Notes: generated by a model from the sequence alone, not told the origin. Shown: positions 9,301 through 18,609, counted from the first letter of the whole stretch. The stretch is DNA of 63,068 nt, filler included, from 5 parts of 5 records of this genome joined end to end with filler, not necessarily neighbours in it; one strand, 5' to 3'. Made by a program: numbers and translations.

Positions 9301-11758
9301 GCCTACTGGCGACGAGATCTGCGAAGGTGAAGACTTCACATTCAGTGTAAGTGCTACCGGAACAGGACTTGTTTATCAGTGGCAGAAATACGATGCAGAC
9401 AACGACATCTGGATTGACATTGCTGGTGCAATGGACGCTACATTCACATTGACCTCCGTGGTTGAAGGTGATGAAGGCGACTATCGCGTAAACGTAAGCG
9501 GTGTTTGTCCTCCAGCTGTTGATTCCGACGCTGCTACGCTGATCGTCAACAACCCACCAATGATCACAACTGAGCCTTCAATCGAAGGTGAACTGTGTGA
9601 AGGTGATGAACTTGACCTCAACGTCGAAGCAACCGGTACGGATCTCACGTACCAGTGGTACTTCAACGGTGTCGAAATCGAAGATGCAGAAGACGCAAAC
9701 TTCAATGTTGAAGAAGTAACACCTGCTGACGCTGGTGAGTACTACGTAATCGTTAGCGGCCTGTGTGAGCCAGCTGTTCAGTCACAAACTGTAACAGTTG
9801 TTGTTAATCTGCTGCCACGTATCGAAGTACAGCCGATTAGCCTCAATGGCGACGACGCCATCTGTCTGGACGATCCGGCATCCTTCTCGGTCGAAGCCAG
9901 CGGTACAGGAATCGCTTATCAGTGGGAATACAGTGAAAATGGTGTTGTTTGGAATCCAATCGCGGATGCTGAAGAAGATTCATTCTCACTCGACAACGCT
10001 CAGTACAGTGACGCCGGTTTCTACCGTGTCGTCGTTACTGGTGTTTGTGAACCACCTGCAATCTCCGAAGCTGCTGAACTCGTAGTTCACCGTCCGGTTG
10101 AACTCACAATCGACGTTGAAGACCAAACCGTTTGTATCGGTGACAACCACATCCTGGTTGCTGACGGTACAGGTACACCAGAATCTGGTGATGAGAATGA
10201 CGAACTGACGTACCAGTGGTACAAAAACGGCGAAATCATTCCTCTGGCTAATGAGCGTCAGCTTATCCTGACGAACATCCAAGAGGCAGACGCCGGTCAG
10301 TATCAAGTCCTGATCACTGGTTACTGTAACTCAGTCTGGAGCTCAGTAGCGATCCTCTTCGTTACTCGCGAGCCACTGGCTGAAATCCTTGAGCCAAACG
10401 ATCTCGTTGTTAATCCAGGTGAAGACATCGAATTCGAAATCAACACCAATTGCCCTCCAGGAGCTACCTTCCAGTGGTTCCGTGGCGATGTTGAACTCGA
10501 AGACGACGGACGCATCACTGGTTCAAACCAAAGCCGTCTGGTTATTCGCGACGTAGTTCCTGGCGACGCCAGCAACAACTACTACGCCGTAGTATCCTGC
10601 GCTTGTGGTACAGTAACAACTGAGTTTGCCGCTCTGACGGTTAACCCACTCGAAATCAATATCACTGCTAACCCAGTTGACACTGAAGTTTGTGAAGGCA
10701 ATGAAATCTGCCTCGAATTTGCATTCGACGCATTTGGCCAGCCTGTTTCAATCCAGTGGTTCGTAACTGGTACGGACGAAGCAGTTGACGGTGCTACCAC
10801 CAACCCATGGTGTTTCATCCCAACTGAAGATCAAACGTACTATGCAGTTGTAACGCTCGACAGCAACCCGACTATCAGCTCAAACACTGGTAACGCTGCA
10901 GTAACGATCCTGTTCACACCTATCATTGCAACTCAGCCTGCTCCACAGGCAATTTGCCCAGATGGCGACGCTACCTTCACGGTTGCCGTTTCCAACGAAG
11001 ATGCTAATACTACGTATCAGTGGTTCTTCGAAGGCAATGCAATTGACGGCGAAACAGCATCGAACCTCAGCCTCACAGCTGTAACTGCTGATCAAGCCGG
11101 CATGTACTGGGTTGTCATCACAAACGAATGTGGTGAAACAACTTCAGAACAAGTTGAGCTTAGCTTCCTGCCTGATGCCGTTATCACAACGCAGCCTCAG
11201 GATCAGGGTTATGACTTCGGTGGTAAACAAACAACACCATTCTCGGTAGTTGTTGACGGTCCTGGTGTGTGTACGTATCAGTGGCAGTTCCGTGCAGACG
11301 GTGCAGCTGACTTTACGGACATCGCCGGCGCTGAAAGCAGTGAGTACCAGATTGATCAGAATGTTGCACTGACTCAAGCGAATGCCGGTGATTACCGCGT
11401 AGTCGTCACTTGCCAGTGCGGTTCTGTCACCTCTGACGCTGCTACGCTGAGCATCGGTACGACAGACGTCACATCGACTCTGCCGGGCATGCCATTCAGC
11501 TTGACACAGAACTTCCCGAATCCGTTTGACGCCATGACGCAAATCGGCTATACGCTGCATAAGCCAATGGATGTTGAACTGGTTATCACGGACGTAATGG
11601 GTCAGGTAGTTGCTACGATCGACTCCGGCTTCAAAGCTGCGGGTAGCTACGAAGTAACGCTGAACGCTGAAACTCTGATCCTCCCAAGCGGTACATACAG
11701 CTACACGCTCAAAGGCGAAGGTCAGGCTATCACGAAGCAGCTCATCATCGTTAAGTAA
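3302..11758 (+). CDS. Giant T9SS-secreted surface protein (~2818 aa): cohesin-like N-terminal domain, 28 tandem Ig domains, type A T9SS C-terminal sorting domain
   Basis: AGAGGA precedes ATG 3302; signal peptide ends AFS-A. ~90-aa repeats P.(V/I)T..P....CEG....F.......P..QW...G.......Y(R/x)(A/V)V..N.CG. CTD FSLTQNFPNPF..I.Y.L..V.L.I.D..GQ.V..LPSGTYSYTL..TKQLIIVK. Confidence 0.92.
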   Translation: MSNIVPSFSRKLLVTLMSVFLLGSVTEAFSANLTEFFLRDQRPSDDCTEYFAELWVTVDAGETWDIASSNIAVSYNTAAMAAQNLGTAHEANPFLTGDNVSISQTPGPGFVRINLLKFPGSTATSGTFKIATLRWTITDKTNSDNLTFITGGPSTQVFDDATALAFNCGTNLCFGVTNPTPPRVIGGPVITEQPVSVTTCVGSTVDFNVNGNGCNIVWQWQRLDAGVWTDLAGETSSTLSLANVSAAMDGNQYRVEATADEPPVATSNVVTLTVNSPAVFTTQPANVAECEGADADFTIAFTGTAPVTIQWEQFNGGTLTWDPLAGEVSTTLTITNIQTSDNGNQYRAVLTNICNSTTSSVGVLTVWTAPIVNNDPNDKFICAGDNVTFLANANGNPLPTVQWQVDNGGGFADIPNETSGTLSINNVPANLNGNQYRAVFTNVCGSSATVPATITVYELPVVANQPADVSVCENNDAVFTVSANSAIPLTYQWQVDNGGGFGDIAGATTTTLTLTNVQFAANGNNYRVVISNTCGTINSSSALLTVWTDPVVTNDPGDASICEGTNHQFTANATGFPTPTIQWQVDDGNGFADIAGATSSTYTVMNAMPGMNGYEYRAVFTNVCSAVNSSAAVLTVRPVPAITQEPVDVAVCEGLNASFVSAASGDPVPTVQWQVDNGGGYADIAGATNATLDLNAVAAAMNGNLYRAVFTNECGIVTSSSVTLTVWTAPVVTTQPLDQTICETDNVSFTAAATGFPAPTVQWEENDGNGWVALAGETALTLNLNNVAATSDGYMYRAVFSNTCANVSTTGATLTVNTAPVVTLNPGPQNGCEGDDFIFIADASGDPVPTVQWQVNDGGGYVDIVSATSTTLTLTNVQAALDGNLYRAVFTNVCGIATSASALLIIDVPAFVSLNPANQTVCEGVDATFESNGGGTPPPTVQWQVNDGNGWVDLVNATSTTLTVVNPQASMDGNNYRAIYTNACGTAATVPASLTVNTIPVVSVQPQDVDNACEGDDISFTAAATGQPAPTVQWQEDDGNGWLDMVGETNTTLNINNVQGTQDGYMYRAVFTNVCGVTNSDAALLLVDVPPAVTLEPVNTTVCQGETAFFTSTASGDPAPTIQWECDANDGNGFQALPGKTLSTLDLTGVLPEWDGNLYRAVFTNPCGTSVPSASAMLTVNLDPVVTADPVNTTVCEGDNASFTAAATGQPTPTVQWQMDDGNGWADIVGETALTLNLNNVMANMDGYMYRAVFTNICNTATTAPAMLTVNVAPVVTASPADVAVCEGSDVTYTASATGTPTPTIQWEENDGNGWVAMAGETGLMLTLTNIPASSNGYMYRAVFTNVCGSATTLEATLTVWTEPTITLNPVDDVVCEGEDASFSAGADGFPTPTVQWQFDDGNGWQDLAGATAVNLTIVAAQASQDGYLYRAVFTNNCGTVISNSAMLTVNTPPVVTADPMDVTVCQMETAEFTVEFTGQPTPTIQWQIFNQQSWADLSGENSPTLSLPNVPGGWDGNLYRAILTNVCGTVISQAATLRVQDPPVVLVEPNPQTVCEGANVTFTSSADGDPIPTIQWQVNDGNGWIDLAGETAQDLQLNNVMPAMDGNLYRAVFTNICGTVESQQVALVVNSNPVITEQPADTEVCEGEIVILQADAIAKPPAVLQWQVDRNDGNGWVDILAENTTLLDLGAVTADMDGYMYRLEASNICDVVNSDAATLIVNEAPVVTADPTDETICEGDDITFTASASGQPTPEITWEIDRNDGIGWVDYETNATETLSLTAVPAGWDGYKFRATFVNVCGVASSAEAVLTVWTTPVVTTQPEDMLVCEPNDVTFSAAASGTPTPTVQWQVSTDDGGIWTDVAGATAVDYTFTPTIAEDGNLYRAVFTNDCGVATSDAAELDYYLLPFITTQPTAPAEGICVGLDWTFTVVAGGTEISYQWRKDGVDIPGATSDSYTLTGIAVEDAGSYDVVITNVCQSITSDAAVLIVNTPPAITAQPTGDEICEGEDFTFSVSATGTGLVYQWQKYDADNDIWIDIAGAMDATFTLTSVVEGDEGDYRVNVSGVCPPAVDSDAATLIVNNPPMITTEPSIEGELCEGDELDLNVEATGTDLTYQWYFNGVEIEDAEDANFNVEEVTPADAGEYYVIVSGLCEPAVQSQTVTVVVNLLPRIEVQPISLNGDDAICLDDPASFSVEASGTGIAYQWEYSENGVVWNPIADAEEDSFSLDNAQYSDAGFYRVVVTGVCEPPAISEAAELVVHRPVELTIDVEDQTVCIGDNHILVADGTGTPESGDENDELTYQWYKNGEIIPLANERQLILTNIQEADAGQYQVLITGYCNSVWSSVAILFVTREPLAEILEPNDLVVNPGEDIEFEINTNCPPGATFQWFRGDVELEDDGRITGSNQSRLVIRDVVPGDASNNYYAVVSCACGTVTTEFAALTVNPLEINITANPVDTEVCEGNEICLEFAFDAFGQPVSIQWFVTGTDEAVDGATTNPWCFIPTEDQTYYAVVTLDSNPTISSNTGNAAVTILFTPIIATQPAPQAICPDGDATFTVAVSNEDANTTYQWFFEGNAIDGETASNLSLTAVTADQAGMYWVVITNECGETTSEQVELSFLPDAVITTQPQDQGYDFGGKQTTPFSVVVDGPGVCTYQWQFRADGAADFTDIAGAESSEYQIDQNVALTQANAGDYRVVVTCQCGSVTSDAATLSIGTTDVTSTLPGMPFSLTQNFPNPFDAMTQIGYTLHKPMDVELVITDVMGQVVATIDSGFKAAGSYEVTLNAETLILPSGTYSYTLKGEGQAITKQLIIVK
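3863..11458 (+). repeat. Array of 28 diverged ~270-bp Ig-domain coding repeats
   Basis: Manual segmentation of the translation gives 28 units, each with a C-strand Trp (QW) and an F-strand Tyr/Phe. Confidence 0.85.
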
Positions 11759-11795
11759 TCGATATCCGATAGGATCTAAACGATCCGTGTAATAC

Positions 11796-11832
11796 AAAAA
11801 GGCCGGGGTGCGCAAGCATCTCGGCCTTTTTA
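11796..11832 (+). terminator. Rho-independent terminator of the surface-protein cluster
   Basis: AAAAAGGCCGGGGTGC-GCAA-GCATCTCGGCCTTTTT: GNRA loop and U-tract. Confidence 0.85.
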
Positions 11833-12055
11833 TGTTTTAGGAACTGGGAGTTCTTACCGTTCACCGGCGGATCAGGGCACTTTAATCACTCTTCAGGGTA
11901 CGTTGGTTTAATTCGCAAATCTGGTATCCGAATATTACCTAAACTTGTACTTCGGTTCGGCGAACATGTGCGCTAAGCCACCCCAATCTCTGAAACCCCA
12001 TTTAGTTTTTCTCTTACTCCGGTTCTCCGGGTAAGGGAGGGTGTGTCCAGGAGGT

Positions 12056-12155
12056 NNNNNNNNNNNNNNNNNNNNNNNNNNNNNNNNNNNNNNNNNNNNT
12101 TAATTAATTAANNNNNNNNNNNNNNNNNNNNNNNNNNNNNNNNNNNNNNNNNNNN
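12056..12155. other. Artificial contig spacer
   Basis: N-run, TTAATTAATTAA (stops in all six frames), N-run. GC content and codon style change across it. Confidence 0.99.
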
Positions 12156-13917
<1,762 letters not shown>

Positions 13918-13921
<4 letters not shown>

Positions 13922-14646
13922 GACACCAGCTTTCCCGCCTGTTCCGGCGTCAGTTCGATCCAAAGCGTGTCGGCCTGCGCCAGCAATGTGCCGTCGGCGG
14001 CGTGCAGGGCGGTTCCGGCAAAATGCTTCCGTCCTTTGGTCCACTCATACCAGGCATGGATGATCACCGGCTCGCCGGTCGGGACGGCTTTGTGCTGCGC
14101 CGCAACCATCTCCCCCAGCAGGTAGGTCGTCTCGATCTCGGGCAGGGCGAAGCCGCCGGGGCAGTCCAGCGCGGCCCAGACATATTCCGGCCGGACATGG
14201 CCATGCCCGTCATCGAAATTGGCATGCGGGGTCCAGACGGCCGCGGCTTCCAGTCTGTCGCCGAGCCGTCCGCAATGGATGTGCAGGCCTTCGCCTTCCT
14301 TCCGGTTCCGTCCGCAGACGAAGCAGGTGGAGACGCCGCCCGCGCCGAAATAGGTCGGGGTCTCGGCGGCTTTCCGCGCCGCCTCAATGGAGGGGGGAGC
14401 AGGCGGGGTGAGCGTTACGCCGCCGGGCCGTGCGGTCAGGATCGGCAGGCCCTCGTGTTCGGCCACCAGGATCTTGTCCTGACGGGTCACGGCCAGAGGC
14501 CTGTCGAGCGGGATGGGGGCAGAGATGCGGACGGTATGGGGCGTATTGAACAGGCGCGACAGCACACCAGCCGCATAGCCGCCATTGCCCGAACTGGGCG
14601 GCCCGTTGAAGGCAGAAGCAATGGTGATATTGCCGACCGGCTGCAT
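13918..14646 (-). CDS. Uncharacterised hotdog-fold (thioesterase-like) protein
   Basis: FNGPPSSGNGGY, CFVCG, WAALDCPG and GRKHFAGTAL motifs. GGAG precedes ATG 14646. Confidence 0.7.
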
Positions 14647-14654
14647 GGTCTCCG

Positions 14655-14768
14655 CTCCGTCCCTCGCGCCGGCCACGCCGCTTTTCGCGGCATTCCCCGG
14701 ATCAGGTTCAAAGGGTAAAGTCTCAGCCCTGCCGGCTCATTCCGGTCAGGACACCCCTCGGATGGCGC
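14655..14768 (-). ncRNA. TPP riboswitch (THI element)
   Basis: Minus strand reads CCATCCGAGGGG..GGCTGAGA..ACCCTTTGAACCTGATCCGG..CCGGCGCGAGGGACGG, and it lies upstream of a thiC operon. Confidence 0.9.
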
Positions 14769-14864
14769 CACCCTAGTGAATCTGGCCGGACTTGGAAAGG
14801 GTGAAGCCGTATTGACGGAAGGTGTGCGCGTCCCGACCTATCCTTTCTTTGACGAGCATGTGCC

Positions 14865-15674
14865 ATGCACCTGAATGCCTATTTCGCGCGGATCGGATAT
14901 GACGGAACGCCAGCCGCGGATCTGGAAACGCTTCGGGCGCTAAGCCACCTGCACCCGCGTGCCATTCCGTTCGAGAATCTCGATGTGCAGCTGAAGCGCC
15001 CGGTCAGCATGGCGCCGGCGGTTGTGTTCGACAAACTGGTCACCCGGCGCCGAGGGGGCTGGTGCTATGAGATGAATGGCCTGCTGGGATGGGTACTCAG
15101 TGAGATCGGTTTTGACGTCCGGCGTGTCGAGGGCGGGGTGATGCGGGAGGCGACAGGCGATGGCACGCTCGGCAATCATCTCTGCTTGGCGGTCCGACTG
15201 GATGGTCAGGACTATCTCGTCGATGTCGGCTTCGGCGGTAGCCAGACTGCGCCAATGGTGATTACGCCGGGCAGCAACGCGCAGGTGCCGTTCGATCTGG
15301 AACTCGTACGGCTTGAGAACGGCTATTGGCGCATGGTTCAGTACACGCTGGGCAAGCCGTTCTCGTTCGATTTCCACCCTGACCGTTGCGACGAATCCTT
15401 GCTGGCCGACAAATGCAAGTGGCAGCAGAGCAATCCCGCGTCGGTTTTCGTTCAAAACCTTGTTGCGCAGAGGCGAACAGGGGAGGCGCATATCAGTCTG
15501 CGCGGGCGCGTGTTCACCCGGCTCGAATCCGGCACAGAGGAGAGGCGCCTGCTGCAGTCAGGCGCTGAGCTGGTTGATGTGCTGAAGGACGAATTCGACA
15601 TCGACGAGCCGGAAGCGGACGCGTTGTGGCCCGCCATCTGTGCGCGGCACGAGGCATTGTTCCCGCAAGCCTGA
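14865..15674 (+). CDS. Arylamine N-acetyltransferase family protein
   Basis: IPFENLD, RRGGWCYEMNGL (catalytic Cys), NHLCL (His) and YLVDVGFG (Asp). Confidence 0.93.
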   Translation: MHLNAYFARIGYDGTPAADLETLRALSHLHPRAIPFENLDVQLKRPVSMAPAVVFDKLVTRRRGGWCYEMNGLLGWVLSEIGFDVRRVEGGVMREATGDGTLGNHLCLAVRLDGQDYLVDVGFGGSQTAPMVITPGSNAQVPFDLELVRLENGYWRMVQYTLGKPFSFDFHPDRCDESLLADKCKWQQSNPASVFVQNLVAQRRTGEAHISLRGRVFTRLESGTEERRLLQSGAELVDVLKDEFDIDEPEADALWPAICARHEALFPQA

Positions 15675-15717
15675 GGGCAAGCTCAGACTTGGTGCGCGCC
15701 CCCTGGTGTCTGTTTGT

Positions 15718-16722
15718 CTATTCCGCTGCTTCGGAAGCGAGCTTTTTGACCGCCTTGTCCCAGTCGCTGACCTTGTCCAGCTGGCCATTGTAGACCCGGA
15801 TCTGGTCTTCCGGGGTGCGCATCAGCACGTCGATATGCGGCCGGGCTTTTTCGGCCAGCGGGCGGGCGATGGCGTCCAGTTCGGCCTTCTGCGCGCGCAT
15901 CAGCTTGTCGTCATCGAAGGTCTTCTGCGGCAGGGCTGGATTGGTCCAGATCCAGCCGCCATTCCCGAAATTGATGTTCTCCAGATAGACGTGCTCCCAA
16001 CGGGTCAGGCGTTCGACTTCCTGCCCGTAGAGGCGGGCAAGGTAGAAATCGAGCTCCAGCTTGTGGGCGGGGCAGGCGGCGTAGAGCGACTTGAGGCGGT
16101 TCCCGGCCCAGCCAAAGCCCGGATGATCGTATCTGGTCTTGATGAGCCGGTCCCATAGATTGGTCTCTTCCTGCAGGCGGAAATTGGCGTGGTCGGCAAA
16201 GGGGCAGGATTCGTAAGGGGCGCCGGAGATCACCGGGTGAAGGCGACCGGCCTCGGCCAGCGAAATCGTGTAGGGAATGGCGTATTTGAGCTGCGCCGTG
16301 GTGGCGGCATTGTAGCCGAAATAGTCCTTCTCGGTGCCATCCAACTGTTTCAGCACGCTCGGCTTCTGTTTCGTGTTCCAGGCATAATCGTTCTGCGTGA
16401 TCGCGGTCAGCGCTCGCGTGATGTCGCGCTCCAGCGTATCCAGATCCGATGCGGAGGCCATGACGGTGCTGGACAGGGTGGAGGCAATCGCCTGGGCGTC
16501 CGGCCGGTCCGGACAGGTCTCGATGGCCCAATCCGCCAGCTCCCGGATCGTGGCCGGGTCCGTCTGCGTGCCCTGACGGATGGCCATTTCCATATCATAG
16601 AGCGTCTGTTCGGCCTCGGCCGGGCAGGCGGGGGATGTTTCGGCGAAGGCGGGTGCAGGCATGGCGGCAGAGAAGGCCGCAAGTGCGAGGGGCGCCAATG
16701 CGCGGATCAGTCTTGTCTTCAT
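15718..16722 (-). CDS. Hypothetical secreted helical protein
   Basis: Start at MKTRLIRALAP, signal peptide ending AFA-E. GC3-rich coding frame, no family recognised. Confidence 0.7.
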   Translation of the reverse strand: MKTRLIRALAPLALAAFSAAMPAPAFAETSPACPAEAEQTLYDMEMAIRQGTQTDPATIRELADWAIETCPDRPDAQAIASTLSSTVMASASDLDTLERDITRALTAITQNDYAWNTKQKPSVLKQLDGTEKDYFGYNAATTAQLKYAIPYTISLAEAGRLHPVISGAPYESCPFADHANFRLQEETNLWDRLIKTRYDHPGFGWAGNRLKSLYAACPAHKLELDFYLARLYGQEVERLTRWEHVYLENINFGNGGWIWTNPALPQKTFDDDKLMRAQKAELDAIARPLAEKARPHIDVLMRTPEDQIRVYNGQLDKVSDWDKAVKKLASEAAE

Positions 16723-16878
16723 GGTGTCCCCAACATGTTCGGGGCTTTGTGGCATGGGTTGGGCGGCATGCGCACCTGTGGCGTGATTAACGCCAGCGGC
16801 AGTTCCATTAACCTTCTGTCGACCCGATTGGTCCATGTCTGGTGGCAGACACTGAACACACGGACGGGAGACCCGCCC

Positions 16879-17685
16879 ATGGCATTCGATGCTGCCCTTG
16901 CTGCCGCCCCAAAGACCGACACGAAGCCGACCAAATGGCAGCGTTTCAAGGTCGATTTGTGGCTGACAGACCTGAACCTCACCGAAATCGGCATCATGAA
17001 ACATACCCAGCATGAGGCGGAATCCGACCAGTTCACCAAGGATATGGAGATCATCGGCCAGATCCGCGAAGGCGGAAAACGGTCCGGCATCGTCGCCTAC
17101 CGCAAGGAATTGTGGAAGGAAGGCAAGGACATGAAACGCCGCCTGGTGATCAAGCTGTTTTCCGAGAACATGCGCTGGCGCGGCACGATGGAACTCATGA
17201 TGGGCCGCTCGCTGCAGCTCTCCATCGGGGCGCGCGGTGTGCCGGTGACGGCGTTCTCGCTGAACCTGTCACGGTCAAAACAGCTGATCCAGCTGGAGCG
17301 GTCGGCACAGAAATGGCCGCTGTTTCCTGAGAAATTCTCCTTCTTCATCGAAACCTCGCGTGGGCCGCGCTTCTATCGCCTGCGCCGGAACGTTATCGGC
17401 ATCGGGGCCGACTACACGCTGTATGACGACAAGAACCGCAAGATTGGTTCGCTGGACCACCGAATCATCAATCTGGGCGGCAGCTGGATGGTGAAGCTCG
17501 ACGCGGCGCATTCCTATGCGGCGCTGGAATCGGTGCTGCAGATGTTCTGCACCATGTTGCGATTCAACGGGGCTGTGCGCCGGCATGTCTCGCACGAAGT
17601 GGAGATGGTCAATCGCGGCCGCGCGGTGCGCGAGCTGGATCATCAGGAGGCAGACCTTTACCTCAATCCGCGCCGCCGGCGCTGA
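16879..17685 (+). CDS. Hypothetical protein, possibly LURP-one/Tubby-C/scramblase-like
   Basis: GGGAG precedes ATG 16879. The C-terminal segment RRNVIGIGADYTLYD..IGSLDHRIINLGGSWMVKLD resembles LURP-one repeats. Confidence 0.6.
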   Translation: MAFDAALAAAPKTDTKPTKWQRFKVDLWLTDLNLTEIGIMKHTQHEAESDQFTKDMEIIGQIREGGKRSGIVAYRKELWKEGKDMKRRLVIKLFSENMRWRGTMELMMGRSLQLSIGARGVPVTAFSLNLSRSKQLIQLERSAQKWPLFPEKFSFFIETSRGPRFYRLRRNVIGIGADYTLYDDKNRKIGSLDHRIINLGGSWMVKLDAAHSYAALESVLQMFCTMLRFNGAVRRHVSHEVEMVNRGRAVRELDHQEADLYLNPRRRR

Positions 17686-17688
17686 GGT

Positions 17689-18057
17689 CTATTTTCCGTC
17701 CTTGAGGAAACCGAGTTCCCGCCGGAGCTTTTTCGTGAGGCCGGCGGCGACCAGTTTATGCGAGCCTTCGAGATAGACCTTCAAATCGTCGTCGGAGAGC
17801 GTTTCCGGCGTGTAGCGCTGGATCCATTTCATGCCGCGTGAGGCCAGGTGCGGTGCGCCCCGGCAGCCGGGTTGTTCCTTCAGGATGTCGAAGCTCATCT
17901 CCGAAACCTTGAACGAGCAGACCATGTCGCCATCTTCCTCCCGGCCGATGGCGAAGACCTTGCCGCCCACTTTCCATACAGTCGCCTCGCCCCACTGGAC
18001 GACGCTGGTCGTGTGAGGAAGACTGCCGCAGAATTTGTTATAGGCCTTGAGCTTCAT
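17689..18057 (-). CDS. MmcQ/YjbR family protein
   Basis: FCGSLPHTT..QWG..VWKVGGKVFA..SFKV..APHLASRGMKW..SHKLV. Confidence 0.88.
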   Translation of the reverse strand: MKLKAYNKFCGSLPHTTSVVQWGEATVWKVGGKVFAIGREEDGDMVCSFKVSEMSFDILKEQPGCRGAPHLASRGMKWIQRYTPETLSDDDLKVYLEGSHKLVAAGLTKKLRRELGFLKDGK

Positions 18058-18067
18058 CGAGAGCGGG

Positions 18068-18466
18068 TCACAGTCCCTTTGCCTTGTCGCACATGTTTGA
18101 GACGAGTGCTTCAGCGAAGGGGCGGGGCTGGTCCTTGCCGCCAAACTTTACCCCATACAATGACAGTTCATCCCGCGCCTCGTTGTAGATCACTTCCAGC
18201 GTGGCGGCGGTGTTGATGCCGACATAGAGGATTTCCCCTTCAGCCGATACGCGCACCGTGTCCGGATCGTCGGTGCGATAGGCAGTCCATAACGTTTTGG
18301 CGTCGAAATCATTGATGAAGTAGCCATTGACGATCTTGCCGAGCGATTGGTCCGGGCATTCCGGCAGATAGGCATCCTTTGCTTCATCAATTACCGAATG
18401 TCCGCCACACGAAGAGAGCGCGCCGGTAAGCAGGCCAATTGCCGCGAGTGTGTGTCGTTTCATCAT
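18068..18466 (-). CDS. Hypothetical lipoprotein
   Basis: Lipobox-like LSSC after a hydrophobic stretch; GGGG upstream of the start. Confidence 0.65.
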   Translation of the reverse strand: MMKRHTLAAIGLLTGALSSCGGHSVIDEAKDAYLPECPDQSLGKIVNGYFINDFDAKTLWTAYRTDDPDTVRVSAEGEILYVGINTAATLEVIYNEARDELSLYGVKFGGKDQPRPFAEALVSNMCDKAKGL

Positions 18467-18609
18467 TTCCCCCCGGAACTGATCAGTCGAAAGATCACGA
18501 ACTATAGGTCCGTACCGGCCGCCTTGGCCAGATGGAAGATCTGTTGCGACGTCCGGTAGGAGGCAGGGTGCCCGCCGGGAGTCCGAACATCCCGGCGGGA
18601 TAAGCCGCG

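Noticed and set aside
3863-11458. CRISPR-like or non-coding tandem array
   Set aside because: The periodicity is ~270-bp diverged coding repeats within a single ORF; there are no identical short repeats with unique spacers.
11144-11815. 223-aa minus-strand ORF and other ORFs antisense to the giant gene
   Set aside because: Antisense shadows of a strongly codon-biased gene, with no recognisable motifs.
11833-12055. Possible ncRNA at the end of contig A (hairpin near 12011-12039)
   Set aside because: A single hairpin at a contig end with no recognisable family motif is not enough evidence.
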